Assembly (NCBI GenBank): GCA_963849325.1
Contig: CAWKHF010000006.1
Coordinates: forward strand, 448,001-512,000
DNA from: an uncultured Planctomycetota bacterium
GTDB taxonomy: Bacteria; Planctomycetota; Planctomycetia; Gemmatales; Gemmataceae
Length of the DNA: 64,000 nt
Reading direction: 5' to 3'
In this document: one piece after another, positions 21,459 to 31,289 of the stretch
Layout: every line of letters begins with the position of its first letter
Numbering within the stretch: the first letter of the stretch is position 1
The notes under the pieces: generated by a model
What the model saw: the letters and a program-made list of their open reading frames with translations, nothing else
Databases searched by the model: none
Told to the model about the DNA's origin: nothing
Translations under genes and position numbers: made by a program

Positions 21459-24400
21459 GCGCCAGCCTGCTCGCGCATGTCGGTCTAGATCTTGTCACTC
21501 CTCGTGTCGCAGCCCTGCGGCTAGGGGAGTTGACCGTCGAGCCGGTGCAAACCGTTCTCGGCCGCGCCGACCTGGCGGGTAGCTCGCGCCCACTGCCATC
21601 TAGTGCCGTGCTCTTGAGGCTCGGCGATCAGTCGTTGTGGCTGCCCGCACCAGCCGCACCAGCCGCGCCGTCCGAGCCGGACGAAGGCCGAGCACCGATC
21701 TATCTGCACGGCGGACAAGAACTCGTCCTGCCCTTCGTCCGTCTCTTCGTTCTCCAAGCCGACCAGGAACCGGACAAGGCACGGGTCGAATACCTGGGTC
21801 TGTCCGATTGGTTGGACGACGCCGTTGCCGTGTGGCGCTTCGAGCCGGCACGGCGGGATGGCTCCCCCCGTCCGCTGCTGGACCATCTCGAACAAAACGC
21901 GACTTCGCCGGCCGAAGCCTTGCAAGCGATCAGCCGGGTACTTTGTTTCGCCTTGTTTGGCGCGGCAAGCCCGGCCGTGGTCGGTGGCCTGCGTCTGCCC
22001 GCCTGTCCGATGTGGCTCCGCCCCGTAGGAGAAACGCCATTCGCGCGCCGTATCGCCCGCGCGCTGGTGGTCACTGCTCGCCTCTCGGCCGATCCCGCCA
22101 AACCGACCGTGCCCTCCACGAACTTGCGGACATCGGCCTACCGCATTCGCCCCGCCGAGCCGCGCGATTGGGGTCTCGATCCCGTCCACACGCCGGAAGG
22201 CGCCGACATCCGCCTGACCGGCCGACTCGGCGTCGGTGTCGCTGTGCGCGGCCGGGCGCTGCACGCTCCGGAGACGGAACGGCCGCCGTTGTCGGCGTCC
22301 ACGGCCCGGCTGCCGTTCGCCGGCTACAACGACCCTCGCCGTCTGCTGATGGCCGCCAACATGCAGGCACACGCCGTGCCCCTGCCGCGACAGGAACCGC
22401 CTTGCGTCCGCATGACTCCCGAAGCGGATGACCCGCCCGGCGTCAACCTCCGCGTCGGCTACCTCGCCTGGCAGGGTTGGAATCACGAGGACGCCTGGGT
22501 GCTGTCCGAATCCGCAGCCCGGCGTCTCGGCACGCTCCAGGTTCTGGTGCAGACCATCGCCATCCGTGCCGTCGAGGTGGCTCCCGATCTGCTGGTGCAG
22601 TGCGGCCAGCCGGTCGAACGTGGCCAGCTGCTCGTCCGTCGTTTTGTGGCCCCGGCCTTGCTCTGCCCGTCGCTGGAACTGCTGGCGACGCTGGAAGACC
22701 TGGACGACAAGGTACCGCTTCGGCCGGAGGTCGATGACTCGGCTGCGGAGAGCGGCACCATCATCCGGCTTGAAGAATGGGACCTGCGCGACCGGCGCGG
22801 CCTTCCGATAGACTGGCAAGTGCCGGAAGCGGTGGCCGGGGCATTCCGGACTGTTTATCGCATCCACATCGAACGCGCGCTGCCGCTGAGCGTTGGCGAC
22901 AAGCTGGCCAACCGGCACGGCCACAAGGGCGTCGTCGGCGCCATCCTGCCCGATGACGACATGCCGCGCTGGCGCGGTCGGCCGCTGGAAGCCCTGATCG
23001 ACCCGATCAGCGTCCTCAACCGCTCTAACTGGGGACAGGTCTACGAGGCACTGGCCGGGGCGCTGGTGGAGCCGGGTCAGGTGCGCGACGTCAACGGTGT
23101 CTCCGGCGAAGAGGTGCGGGCGGAGGCACAACGGGCAGGGGCCGACGCACAGGGCCGTTGGCTCATCGAGCCTCCGATGGCGGCACGCTGGTTGACGAAG
23201 GAAGTGCGCGCCGTCGCCGGTGTCCAGTACGTCATGCGGATGCCGCATCACGCCGCCGACAAGATCTCCGGCAATCCTCCACCGCCGCCATCGTTGGGTT
23301 ATCGGGTGCGCCGCCGATCGCAGCGGCTAGGCGAGATGGAGCACTGGGCGCTGTGGGCGCACGGCATCGGTGCGCACGGCCTCCTCCGCGACCGAGGACG
23401 GCGGACAGAGGGCGCTGTCTCCCGCCGTGGCCCGTCTTCGCCGCTTGCTCGGGTCGGCCGGGTTCGGCATGGACGTCGAGGGCGGATCGCTGCTCGTTCG
23501 GAAGCTGGCGCTCGACGCGGAGCCACCCGCTGATAACAAGATATTATCTCTCCTTAAAGAGAATGAAACAAGCACCGCGGAGAGCGGCGTGGAGGGAAGC
23601 AAGGAAACGAAGTCCCCGCGATCCCTGGCCGAACTCTACGACGCCCTGGATGCGGTCGCGCCCGAAACGCCGACCGTACTCGTCTTCGATCCGCCGCTCC
23701 TCCGCCCATCCAAGGGGGATGACGTCGAGGTGGCGCTGCGCTGGATGCCCGTGTTGCCCGCCTGCGATCGCCCGCCGCGGCGTTGGTTCGACGGCTCGGA
23801 GGAGCCGCACGAATTGACCGCCGACCTGCGCCGCCTGGTCCGCCTGATTCGCAAACGTCGGCAAGCGCGGACGGAAGACGAGGACGCCGCCAACGCGGAA
23901 CTGTTCTACGCCGCTCGCCAGTTCCTATCCGATGCCTACATCGCGGCGGTAGGGCGCGGGGCGACCGGCCCATTCAGCAGTAAACTGGCTTACTTGCGTC
24001 GCGGTGTGCTGGGGCAGCGCTTGCCCCGCTCGGCACGGGCGACCGTCTCTCCCGGCGGTACGCGGCGTTTGGGACTGGACGAAATCGGTCTGCCGCCGGC
24101 GCTGGCCCACACTCTTTTCGGGCCAGGACTGCCGAGCGAGGAAAACCAGTTGGCCGAGGTCGTCGCCGGCCGCTGGGTGTGGCTCAAGCGCGATCCGGTA
24201 TTGCACCGCTGGGGTCTGCTGCCGGTGCGCGTCCGTGTCGTACCCGGCGTCACTATCCGCCTGCCGGCGTCGCTGCTGGGACCGCTGGGGGCCGATTTCG
24301 ACGGCAACACGGTCGCCCTCTTCGCCGCGTTGCCCGGTGCCCTCGCCGACCTCCACGCCTGTTCGCCGCCGGCGCTCGCCTGGCACCCGTTGCTCGACGA

Positions 24401-25307
24401 AGCCCTGTTCCAACCGAGCAAGCAGTATCAATACGGTCTTTTCCTTTTGTCACAAAGCAGAGAGCAAAAGGAACGATTGCAACTGGCGTTGCAAGCCGAG
24501 GGCGCCCTGACTTGGCCGGATGAGTCCGACCCCAAAAGGGCATTTTCAACCTGGGTCCGTCAGGCCATCCAGCAGGGACCGAAAGGACATTGGTGGGCCA
24601 TCCTCGAAGTATACGCCCTGCACGCCCTGGCCGACGATCCCGCGATGGGCTTCGGCCTAGGTGACGTGGACGAACTGGCGCGGTTGCCGGTGGTCCGTTG
24701 CGGAGCGGCCAAGGATCTGTATGGCGGTGTCGAGCCGCCGGCGTCCCCCGCGGCGCGGACGGACTGGGAGCGAAACCGGAAGGCGATGGCGGACATCTTG
24801 CACGGACAAAGCCTGACGATCTATCGGCGCCGCGGCGATTTGGGCGATCCTATCGCCGACGTCATGGTCGCCGCCAAGGCGTCCATCGGCCAGTTCGGCG
24901 GCGCCCTGCGCCGGCTGGTGTACTCCGCGGACCATCTTCGACCCGAGGACATCCAAATGGCCCAATGTCTGACCGAGCAGGTCACGCAAAAGGCGCTGAG
25001 CGTCAAAGCGGGCAAGCCTCCGCTGTTGTACGCCGACTTCGAGCGGCAGCTGCGGCAACTGCTCAAACGGCAAGAGTTGAATGAATCCGAGCGGGAGAAA
25101 CTGCAAACGCTGCTGGCTGAGATCGGCAAGAAACTGGAGCCGGTCTGGACGGCTTTGGGTTCGTTGATGCCGAGCGAACCCAAAGCCTGGTTGGAATGGC
25201 TGCGGAAGCCGCACGAATTGGACGAACTCGTCGCGGCGAAGGGCGAGATTCGTCTGCCGCTGGACGATTTACGCTTACGCGCGTTCCTGTCGGAGCCTGA
25301 AGCGTAA
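21455..25307 (+). CDS. Minimised two-barrel RNA polymerase, beta-like plus beta'-like, probably one fused ~1,280-aa polypeptide (frameshift near 23370-23400)
   Basis: Beta motifs: DPVHTPEG, NDPRRLLMAANMQAHAVPL, GVNLRVGYLAWQGWNHEDAWVLSES, VGDKLANRHGHKGVV, DPISVLNRSNWGQVYE, YVMRMPHHAADK, SQRLGEMEHWAL. Beta' motifs: MPVLPACDRP, LRRGVLGQR...SARATV, LKRDPVLHRWG, GADFDGNTV, PSKQYQYGLF, QFGGALRRLV (bridge helix), AQCLTEQVTQ (trigger loop). Confidence 0.9.
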
Positions 25308-25340
25308 GCGAAGAAATCCCTTCGCTTACGCTTCAGGCTC
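25293..25340. repeat. REP-like palindrome family A, copy 1 (contains the RNAP-like stop codon)
   Basis: GAGCCTGAAGCGTAAGCGAAG...CTTCGCTTACGCTTCAGGCTC. Confidence 0.9.
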
Positions 25341-25355
25341 GGAAAGAGGACCTTG

Positions 25356-26186
25356 CTAGGCGAGTCCGTCGGGGGCGTTGCTGAAAGTGCCGTGGCCGAA
25401 GCGGATTTTCGGCGGCGTCACCTTGGTGCGGTGATCGGGGGCGGCGTTGCGGCCGGCAGCGTCCTGGCCGTGGAAGTAGTCCTTCTGCCAGCCATCGCCC
25501 CGGACTTCGCCCTGGGCTTTCTGCTGGTGAAACATGTTACGCGATTTCTGCCACTCCAGGTAAGAGTTGTACACCTCGGGGTTGTCGGCCAGGCGGTTGT
25601 AATTGATGGTGGCCCCTTCGAGGTCGGCGCAGACGTTGCTGATCAGGGGGACCGCCTGGAAGAGCGGCTCGCCGACGTTGTAACGAACCGGCTCATTGGG
25701 CCGCATGATCTTGTAATTCATCGTGAACGACATGCTGATCCAGTCGCTCTCGACCAGCGCGGTGAGCGGGTGCAAATTGTGCTTGAAGTAGTTGACCGGC
25801 CCGAGGATCAGCAAGCGCGAGCCGGGAGGATTGGTGCGGAAGAGGAACGGTGTGTTCCAGGTGATGATGCCCTCGCCGAACTGGTTGTTGATCCAGCCCA
25901 TCCAGAACTCGGGGGCCGCGTCGAACCAGAACTCGATGGTGCCCGGCTCCATCCGGCCGCGCCAGATGGCGGTGAAGCCGACCGGGTTGTTGATCCAGAA
26001 GCCCGTCTGGTTCATGATGGTCAGGGGCAGGCAGCGGTAGGCGTGGTGGCTGGGCGTGGCGTCCATCCATTCGCGCCGCCTCTCGGCCCAGCCCCAGTCC
26101 CAACCCGTGCCGTCGCGGCGGTGCTTCTTCAGCGTCTCATCGCCGGCAATTTGATAAATGTTGATCTCAAAAGGCGGTTGTGACAT
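25356..26186 (-). CDS. DUF6065-like hypothetical protein
   Basis: RREWMDAT...AYRCLPLTIMNQTG...FGEGIITW...VESDW...FTMNYK...WQKDYFHG. Confidence 0.75.
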   Translation of the reverse strand: MSQPPFEINIYQIAGDETLKKHRRDGTGWDWGWAERRREWMDATPSHHAYRCLPLTIMNQTGFWINNPVGFTAIWRGRMEPGTIEFWFDAAPEFWMGWINNQFGEGIITWNTPFLFRTNPPGSRLLILGPVNYFKHNLHPLTALVESDWISMSFTMNYKIMRPNEPVRYNVGEPLFQAVPLISNVCADLEGATINYNRLADNPEVYNSYLEWQKSRNMFHQQKAQGEVRGDGWQKDYFHGQDAAGRNAAPDHRTKVTPPKIRFGHGTFSNAPDGLA

Positions 26187-26370
26187 GGCTGCTCCAGGAT
26201 CGGGACCGGCCCGATGCCATCGAGAGGGAATCGTACTCGATAGCAAGTGCGCGGCCGGCTGAGACGGATCTCCCCTCAATCCCTAGCAAACGTCCAAGGC
26301 TTCGTCAAGCGAACGCCGCCGCTTTTGCGGGGCCGGTCCCGAGCCGCTTGCGGCTTCGCGGCAACGGGTC

Positions 26371-28632
26371 TCAGGCCGGCGGCGCCAACAGGTAGTCGTC
26401 GTAGGCCGTGGGGCCGGAGCGAACGCCGTTGACGACGGTGCCCAGCAGAGGAATGCGCAAGGACGCCAGACGCTCGAAGGCGGCGGACACCAGCGGGAAC
26501 TGGCTCACGGTCGGCCGAACCGAGAGCAACACGCCGTCCACGCGCTTGCCCAAGAGCAGGGCGTCGGCCACCGGCAGCACCGGCGAGGAATCCAGCAGGA
26601 TGAAATCGAACTCCTTGCGGGCGTCCTCCAGGAGCTGGCGCATCTGGGGGAGGACCTGGGCGAAGTTGAGCTGGTGGGAATCCTCGCCGGCGGTGAGGAT
26701 GGACAGCCCGTCCAGGGGCCCTGGACGGACGGCCTCCGCCACGGTCGCCTGTCCGCTCAGCACTTCGCTCAGGCCCGGCCCGCGCGGCAGGTCGAAAGCC
26801 CGGTGCATCTGCGGCCGGCGCAGATCGCCGTCGATGAGCAGGGTTCGCCGTCCGGCGTGGGCCACGCTCACCGCCAGGTGACTGGCGAGGGTCGTCTTGC
26901 CCTCGCGGGCGACGGCGCTGGTGACCATCAGCACCCGGCCGGTTTGCTGCTCCTCGGCCTCGCACAGCAGCCGGGCGCGCAGATCGTCCACCGATGCCGT
27001 CAATCGCACCAACGAATCGGGGACCGGGCCGTCGCCACGCCGGGCCGCCGCGTTCACCCACGGCAACACACCGACCACCCGGCAACCCAGCACCTCGACC
27101 ATTTCCTCCTTGGTCCGGATACGATGGGCGCGGGCTTCCACGTAACAGACGCCGAACAGGCCGAGCAAAAGCCCCAGGCCGCCGGCGAGACCGACGATGC
27201 GAGCCTGCGCCACCACGTTCTTTTTCGACGGCACCTCGGCGGCGTGCAGCACACTGACGCGCTGCTTGCTCGATTGAAGCTCCACTTGCAGACGTTCCTT
27301 CTCTTCGCGCAACCGTTTGATGACCGCCTCTGCTTGCTCCAGTTCGCCGCGCTTCAGCTCCAGCTCGAAGGTGGCGATGCCGATGTTCTGCGCCTCCTTC
27401 AACACGCGATCCACCTCGGCCTGGAGCAGCTTCTCCTGCTGCCGCCACACTTCCAGATTTTCTCGGGACTGCTGGTCCTTCAGGTCCCGATCGCCGCGTA
27501 TCCGGTCCTGCACCTGCTTGCCCAGGCTGGTCCGCAGTCGGGTACGTATCTCCTCGCGGGCTTTTTCCAGCCCCTGCCGTTCCTTCTCATACCGCGCGCG
27601 CATCGGGTGCCCCGGCTCGGTCAACTCGACCAGCTGGCTGATGCGGCTGTCAAACTGGGCCAGCTCGACATTCTTCTGGATAACCAGCGGGTCGACCTCG
27701 ACGGCCTGCTCCAACGCCGCCTCCGACACCACCGTGCCGGGGTTGTCGCCGTTGGTCTTGCGCACGGCCAGCGCGATCTCGGTGCCGCGCAGCTGCGCCT
27801 GCAAGAGCGACAACTCTCGGCGCAGCGAGGCATATTCATCGAGGATCGCCTTCTGCTTGACGCCCAGCGCCTGGGTGTCGCTCGATTGCAGTCGCTGGGC
27901 CAGGTCGCGCAGGGCCGACCGCTGGCCGCGGATTTTGGCGTCCGAGGACAGGTAGACTTTTTCCACGTCCTCGAGCTGGGTGAGCTTCTTGTTGCGCTGG
28001 GCGTTGACCTCGCCCTCCATGTAGGCGTCCTTGACGGCGTTGACGAGGGCGGCCAGTTCGTTGGGGTTGGTGCCGTCGAGGGAGACGTGGAGGATATCGG
28101 TCTTTTCGAGGAAGACAACGTGGAGATGTTGTTCCAACCAGGCGGCGGGGTCCGGCTCGGTGCGAACGAGGTCGAGGTCGGCGACCTCTGGCCGCTGCAG
28201 GGCGGCCAGGAGGATGGGCCGGCTCTTGATGAGCGCCATCTGTGTATTCTCGAAGTAGCGATCGGCCGGGGTGGCCGGCACGCGCTGATCGGGGATCAGG
28301 GGCAGCGGCTCGGCTTCGGCGACGCGGAGCAGAGCGGAGGCCGTGTACTTGGCGGGGAACCAATACCAGGCGGCGACGGCGAACAGACCGAACAAGGTCC
28401 ATCCGGCGGCGAGGGCCAGCAGCCAGCGATGGCGAAACGCTTTCACGAGACTGCCCAGGCTCAGGGGCGAGGCGATGCCCGTGGCGACGGGTTGCATCCC
28501 GTCCGACTCTTCCACTTCCAGGATCGGCGGGCCGAGGGGTGTCGCGGGGCGCTCGCCGGGGCCGGCCGGCGAAGCGGGCAGGTTGGCATCGGCATACGTC
28601 ATCGGTACGCTGCCGGCATCCGAAGTCGCCAT
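26371..28632 (-). CDS. wzc: Polysaccharide co-polymerase / tyrosine autokinase (Wzc/GumC family)
   Basis: TM-coiled coil-TM architecture, then VTSAVAREGKTT, LIDGDLRRP, DFILLDSSPVL. Confidence 0.88.
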   Translation of the reverse strand: MATSDAGSVPMTYADANLPASPAGPGERPATPLGPPILEVEESDGMQPVATGIASPLSLGSLVKAFRHRWLLALAAGWTLFGLFAVAAWYWFPAKYTASALLRVAEAEPLPLIPDQRVPATPADRYFENTQMALIKSRPILLAALQRPEVADLDLVRTEPDPAAWLEQHLHVVFLEKTDILHVSLDGTNPNELAALVNAVKDAYMEGEVNAQRNKKLTQLEDVEKVYLSSDAKIRGQRSALRDLAQRLQSSDTQALGVKQKAILDEYASLRRELSLLQAQLRGTEIALAVRKTNGDNPGTVVSEAALEQAVEVDPLVIQKNVELAQFDSRISQLVELTEPGHPMRARYEKERQGLEKAREEIRTRLRTSLGKQVQDRIRGDRDLKDQQSRENLEVWRQQEKLLQAEVDRVLKEAQNIGIATFELELKRGELEQAEAVIKRLREEKERLQVELQSSKQRVSVLHAAEVPSKKNVVAQARIVGLAGGLGLLLGLFGVCYVEARAHRIRTKEEMVEVLGCRVVGVLPWVNAAARRGDGPVPDSLVRLTASVDDLRARLLCEAEEQQTGRVLMVTSAVAREGKTTLASHLAVSVAHAGRRTLLIDGDLRRPQMHRAFDLPRGPGLSEVLSGQATVAEAVRPGPLDGLSILTAGEDSHQLNFAQVLPQMRQLLEDARKEFDFILLDSSPVLPVADALLLGKRVDGVLLSVRPTVSQFPLVSAAFERLASLRIPLLGTVVNGVRSGPTAYDDYLLAPPA

Positions 28633-28717
28633 GAGGGGGACTCCTTCGAGGTTTGAGCAACCCTCTCCGTTCGGGGGTGTGTTTTTAGATGCCGACGCAC
28701 ACCAGGGGGTTCAAAAA

Positions 28718-28928
28718 GGGAATAGGGAATAGGGAATAGGGAACAGGGAAGAAGACCGGAACACGCTCCCAGCCTGTGTATCACTTACCCTATTCCCTAT
28801 TCCCTACGAATCTTTTCCCGGCAGGGAGCATCTAACTTTTGCATCGAACAAGGCATTCCTCCGGCGAGGCGCTGGGAGCGTGTGCTGGTCTTCTTCCCTA
28901 GTCCCTAGTCCCTATTCCCTATTCCCTA
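28718..28928. repeat. GGGAATA / TATTCCC heptamer tandem and inverted repeats in the divergent promoter region
   Basis: (GGGAATA)x3-4 at 28718; complementary (CCCTATT) runs at ~28788 and ~28897. Confidence 0.8.
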
Positions 28929-28935
28929 CGGTAGT

Positions 28936-29838
28936 ATGGCGGGGACCATGGCGAGCAGTGTTCTCTCGGATAACCGATCGCGCCCGTCCGTCGCCGCCGT
29001 CGCCTGCGAAACGACGGCCGTGCCGGCCATCCGCATTCGGCCGCCGAGCGGCTGGGTGTCGCTGGGTCTGGGTCAGCTATGGGCTTACCGAGAGCTGCTC
29101 TATTTCCTCGTCTGGCGCGACATCAAGGTGCGTTACAAACAGACCGTTCTGGGTGCGGCCTGGGCCATCCTCCAGCCGTTGTTGACCATGCTGGTTTTCA
29201 GCCTCTTTTTCGGACGGCTGGCACGGGTCGCCTCCGACGAACTGCCTTACGCTCTGTTCTGTTTCGCCGCCCTGGTGCCGTGGACCTTCTTCGCCAACGG
29301 CCTGACGCAGTCCTCCAGCAGCCTCGTCGGCAGCGCCAACCTCATCACCAAGGTTTACTTCCCGCGGCTGACCCTGCCCATCGCCGGCGTCACCGCCGGT
29401 TTGGTGGACCTGGCCCTGGGACTGATCGTGTTGGCCGGCATGATGGCCTATTACCGCGTTGTCCCGACCGTCAACGTGCTCTGGGCGCCTTTGTTCTTGC
29501 TGCTGGCCCTGGTCACCTGCCTGGGAGCGGGACTGTGGTTGTCGGCCCTCAACGTCCAGTATCGGGACGTTCGCTTCGCGGTGCCGTTCCTGACGCAGCT
29601 GTGGATGTTCGTCACGCCCGTCGCCTACCCCAGCAGTCTGTTGTCGGAGCCGTGGCGGACCTTGTTTGGACTCAACCCCATGACGGGCGTCGTGGAGGGT
29701 CTGCGCTGGGCCTTGCTCGATGCCAAGACGGCCCCCGGGCCGACCATCGCTGTCTCGTCCGCCGCCGCCGCGATCCTGCTCGTCAGCGGAGCGTTCTGGT
29801 TCCGGCGCATGGAGAAGACGTTCGCGGACCTGGTTTAA
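28936..29838 (+). CDS. wzm: ABC-2 polysaccharide export permease
   Basis: WRDIKVRYKQTVLGAAWAILQP, NLITKVYFPR, LNPMTGVVEGLRW. Confidence 0.92.
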   Translation: MAGTMASSVLSDNRSRPSVAAVACETTAVPAIRIRPPSGWVSLGLGQLWAYRELLYFLVWRDIKVRYKQTVLGAAWAILQPLLTMLVFSLFFGRLARVASDELPYALFCFAALVPWTFFANGLTQSSSSLVGSANLITKVYFPRLTLPIAGVTAGLVDLALGLIVLAGMMAYYRVVPTVNVLWAPLFLLLALVTCLGAGLWLSALNVQYRDVRFAVPFLTQLWMFVTPVAYPSSLLSEPWRTLFGLNPMTGVVEGLRWALLDAKTAPGPTIAVSSAAAAILLVSGAFWFRRMEKTFADLV

Positions 29839-29863
29839 GGGGGCGTCCAAACCAAAGTTCCCA

Positions 29864-29918
29864 GTTTAGCCGCGACGCGCAGCGGAGCAGCGCGCTCCGC
29901 TGCGCGTCGCGGCTAAAC
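29864..29918. repeat. REP-like palindrome family B, copy 2
   Basis: GTTTAGCCGCGACGCGCAGCGGAGC...GCTCCGCTGCGCGTCGCGGCTAAAC. Confidence 0.9.
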
Positions 29919-29932
29919 GAGAGAGAGGGGCC

Positions 29933-31205
29933 ATGAGCGACCTGGCGATCCGCGCCGAGGGGTTGGGCAAGCGCTACGGCATCGGCGGCCCGGCCACGGG
30001 TTATCGCACGCTCCGCGAGAGCATCACCGAGGCGGCCAGGGCGTCGGCGCGGGCCTTGCGATGGCGGCGTCGGCCCAAGCCGGGCGGAAACGGCGACACG
30101 TTCTGGGCCTTGAAGGACGTTCTCGTTCGAGGTGCGCCGCGGCGAGGTGGTCGGTCTCATCGGCCGCAACGGCGCGGGCAAGAGCACGTTGTTGAAACTC
30201 CTCTCCCGCATCACCGAGCCGACCGAGGGGCAGGCCGACATTCACGGCCGCGTCGGTTCGCTGCTGGAGGTCGGCACCGGCTTTCATCCCGAGTTGACCG
30301 GCCGCGAGAACGTCTACCTCAACGGGGCCATTCTGGGCATGCGCCGCGACGAGGTCCGCCGCAAATTCGACGCCATCGTCGCCTTCGCCGAGGTGGAGCG
30401 GTTCATCGACACGCCGGTGAAGCGTTACTCCAGCGGCATGTATCTGCGGCTGGCCTTCGCCGTGGCGGCGCACCTGGAGCCGGAAGTCCTCATCGTCGAT
30501 GAGGTGCTGGCCGTCGGCGACGCGGCGTTTCAGAAGAAGTGCCTGGGTAAGATGGAGACCGTGGCCGGCGAGGGCCGAACGGTCCTGTTCGTCAGCCACG
30601 ACATGACCAACATCGCCGTGCTCTGTGGCCGGGTGCTGTTGCTGGAAGGCGGCCGGATCAAGACAGCAGGTCCGCCGGCCACCGTCATCGAGGAGTACGT
30701 GCGGCAGGGCGCGTCCGCCTGTCCGTCCGTGTCGTGGGAGTTGGACGCGGCCCCCGGCGACGAGCAGGCGCGGATCGTCGGCGTGCGGGCGGCGGGCCGG
30801 CTCGACGGCGGCGATTCGTTCGCCCTACAAGGGCCGGTGTCGCTGACCATCGAGTTCGTGGTCCTGGCTGGTGGGATGCGTCTCAACCCGGTTTTCCTCG
30901 TCAAGAACGCCCTGGGCACGACGCTGTTCTCGACGGCCAACTACGGCGAGCCGGAGTGGGGGACGCGGTCCTACGAACCCGGTCGCTACCGCGCCGAGTG
31001 CCGGGTGCCGGCCCATCTGCTCAACGAGGGCCGCTACACGGTGGACGTCCTGTTGGTTCAGGACATGCGCGCCGTTCGCGCCTCGGCGGTGGGCGCCGTG
31101 GCTTTCGGGGCTTACGACGACGGCACGACTCGCGGCGATTACGTCGGCGCCTGGGTCGGCCTCGTCCGCCCCAAGTGTGAGTGGATCACCCGAGTCCGAG
31201 CCTGA
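29933..31205 (+). CDS. wzt: Polysaccharide ABC exporter ATPase with C-terminal carbohydrate-binding domain (one frameshift near 30122)
   Basis: [33 protein letters not shown]. Confidence 0.92.
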
Positions 31206-31264
31206 AGCGTAAGCGAAGGAACGGCAACCTTGGGTTGCCGTTCCTTCGCTTACGCTTCAGGCTC
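31198..31264. repeat. REP-like palindrome family A, copy 2
   Basis: GAGCCTGAAGCGTAAGCGAAGGAACGGCAACC...GGTTGCCGTTCCTTCGCTTACGCTTCAGGCTC. Confidence 0.9.
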
Positions 31265-31289
31265 CGAAAGAACCTCCCTGGAGGTACCC

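Noticed and set aside
21455-25307. Host housekeeping rpoB/rpoC
   Set aside because: Less than half the expected length, motifs far more diverged than any cellular RNAP, and no rplKAJL/rpsL context.
26674-28656. 660-aa plus-strand ORF and similar long antisense ORFs (21521-23251, 58947-60410)
   Set aside because: Stop-free shadows of high-GC genes on the opposite strand, with no recognisable motifs.
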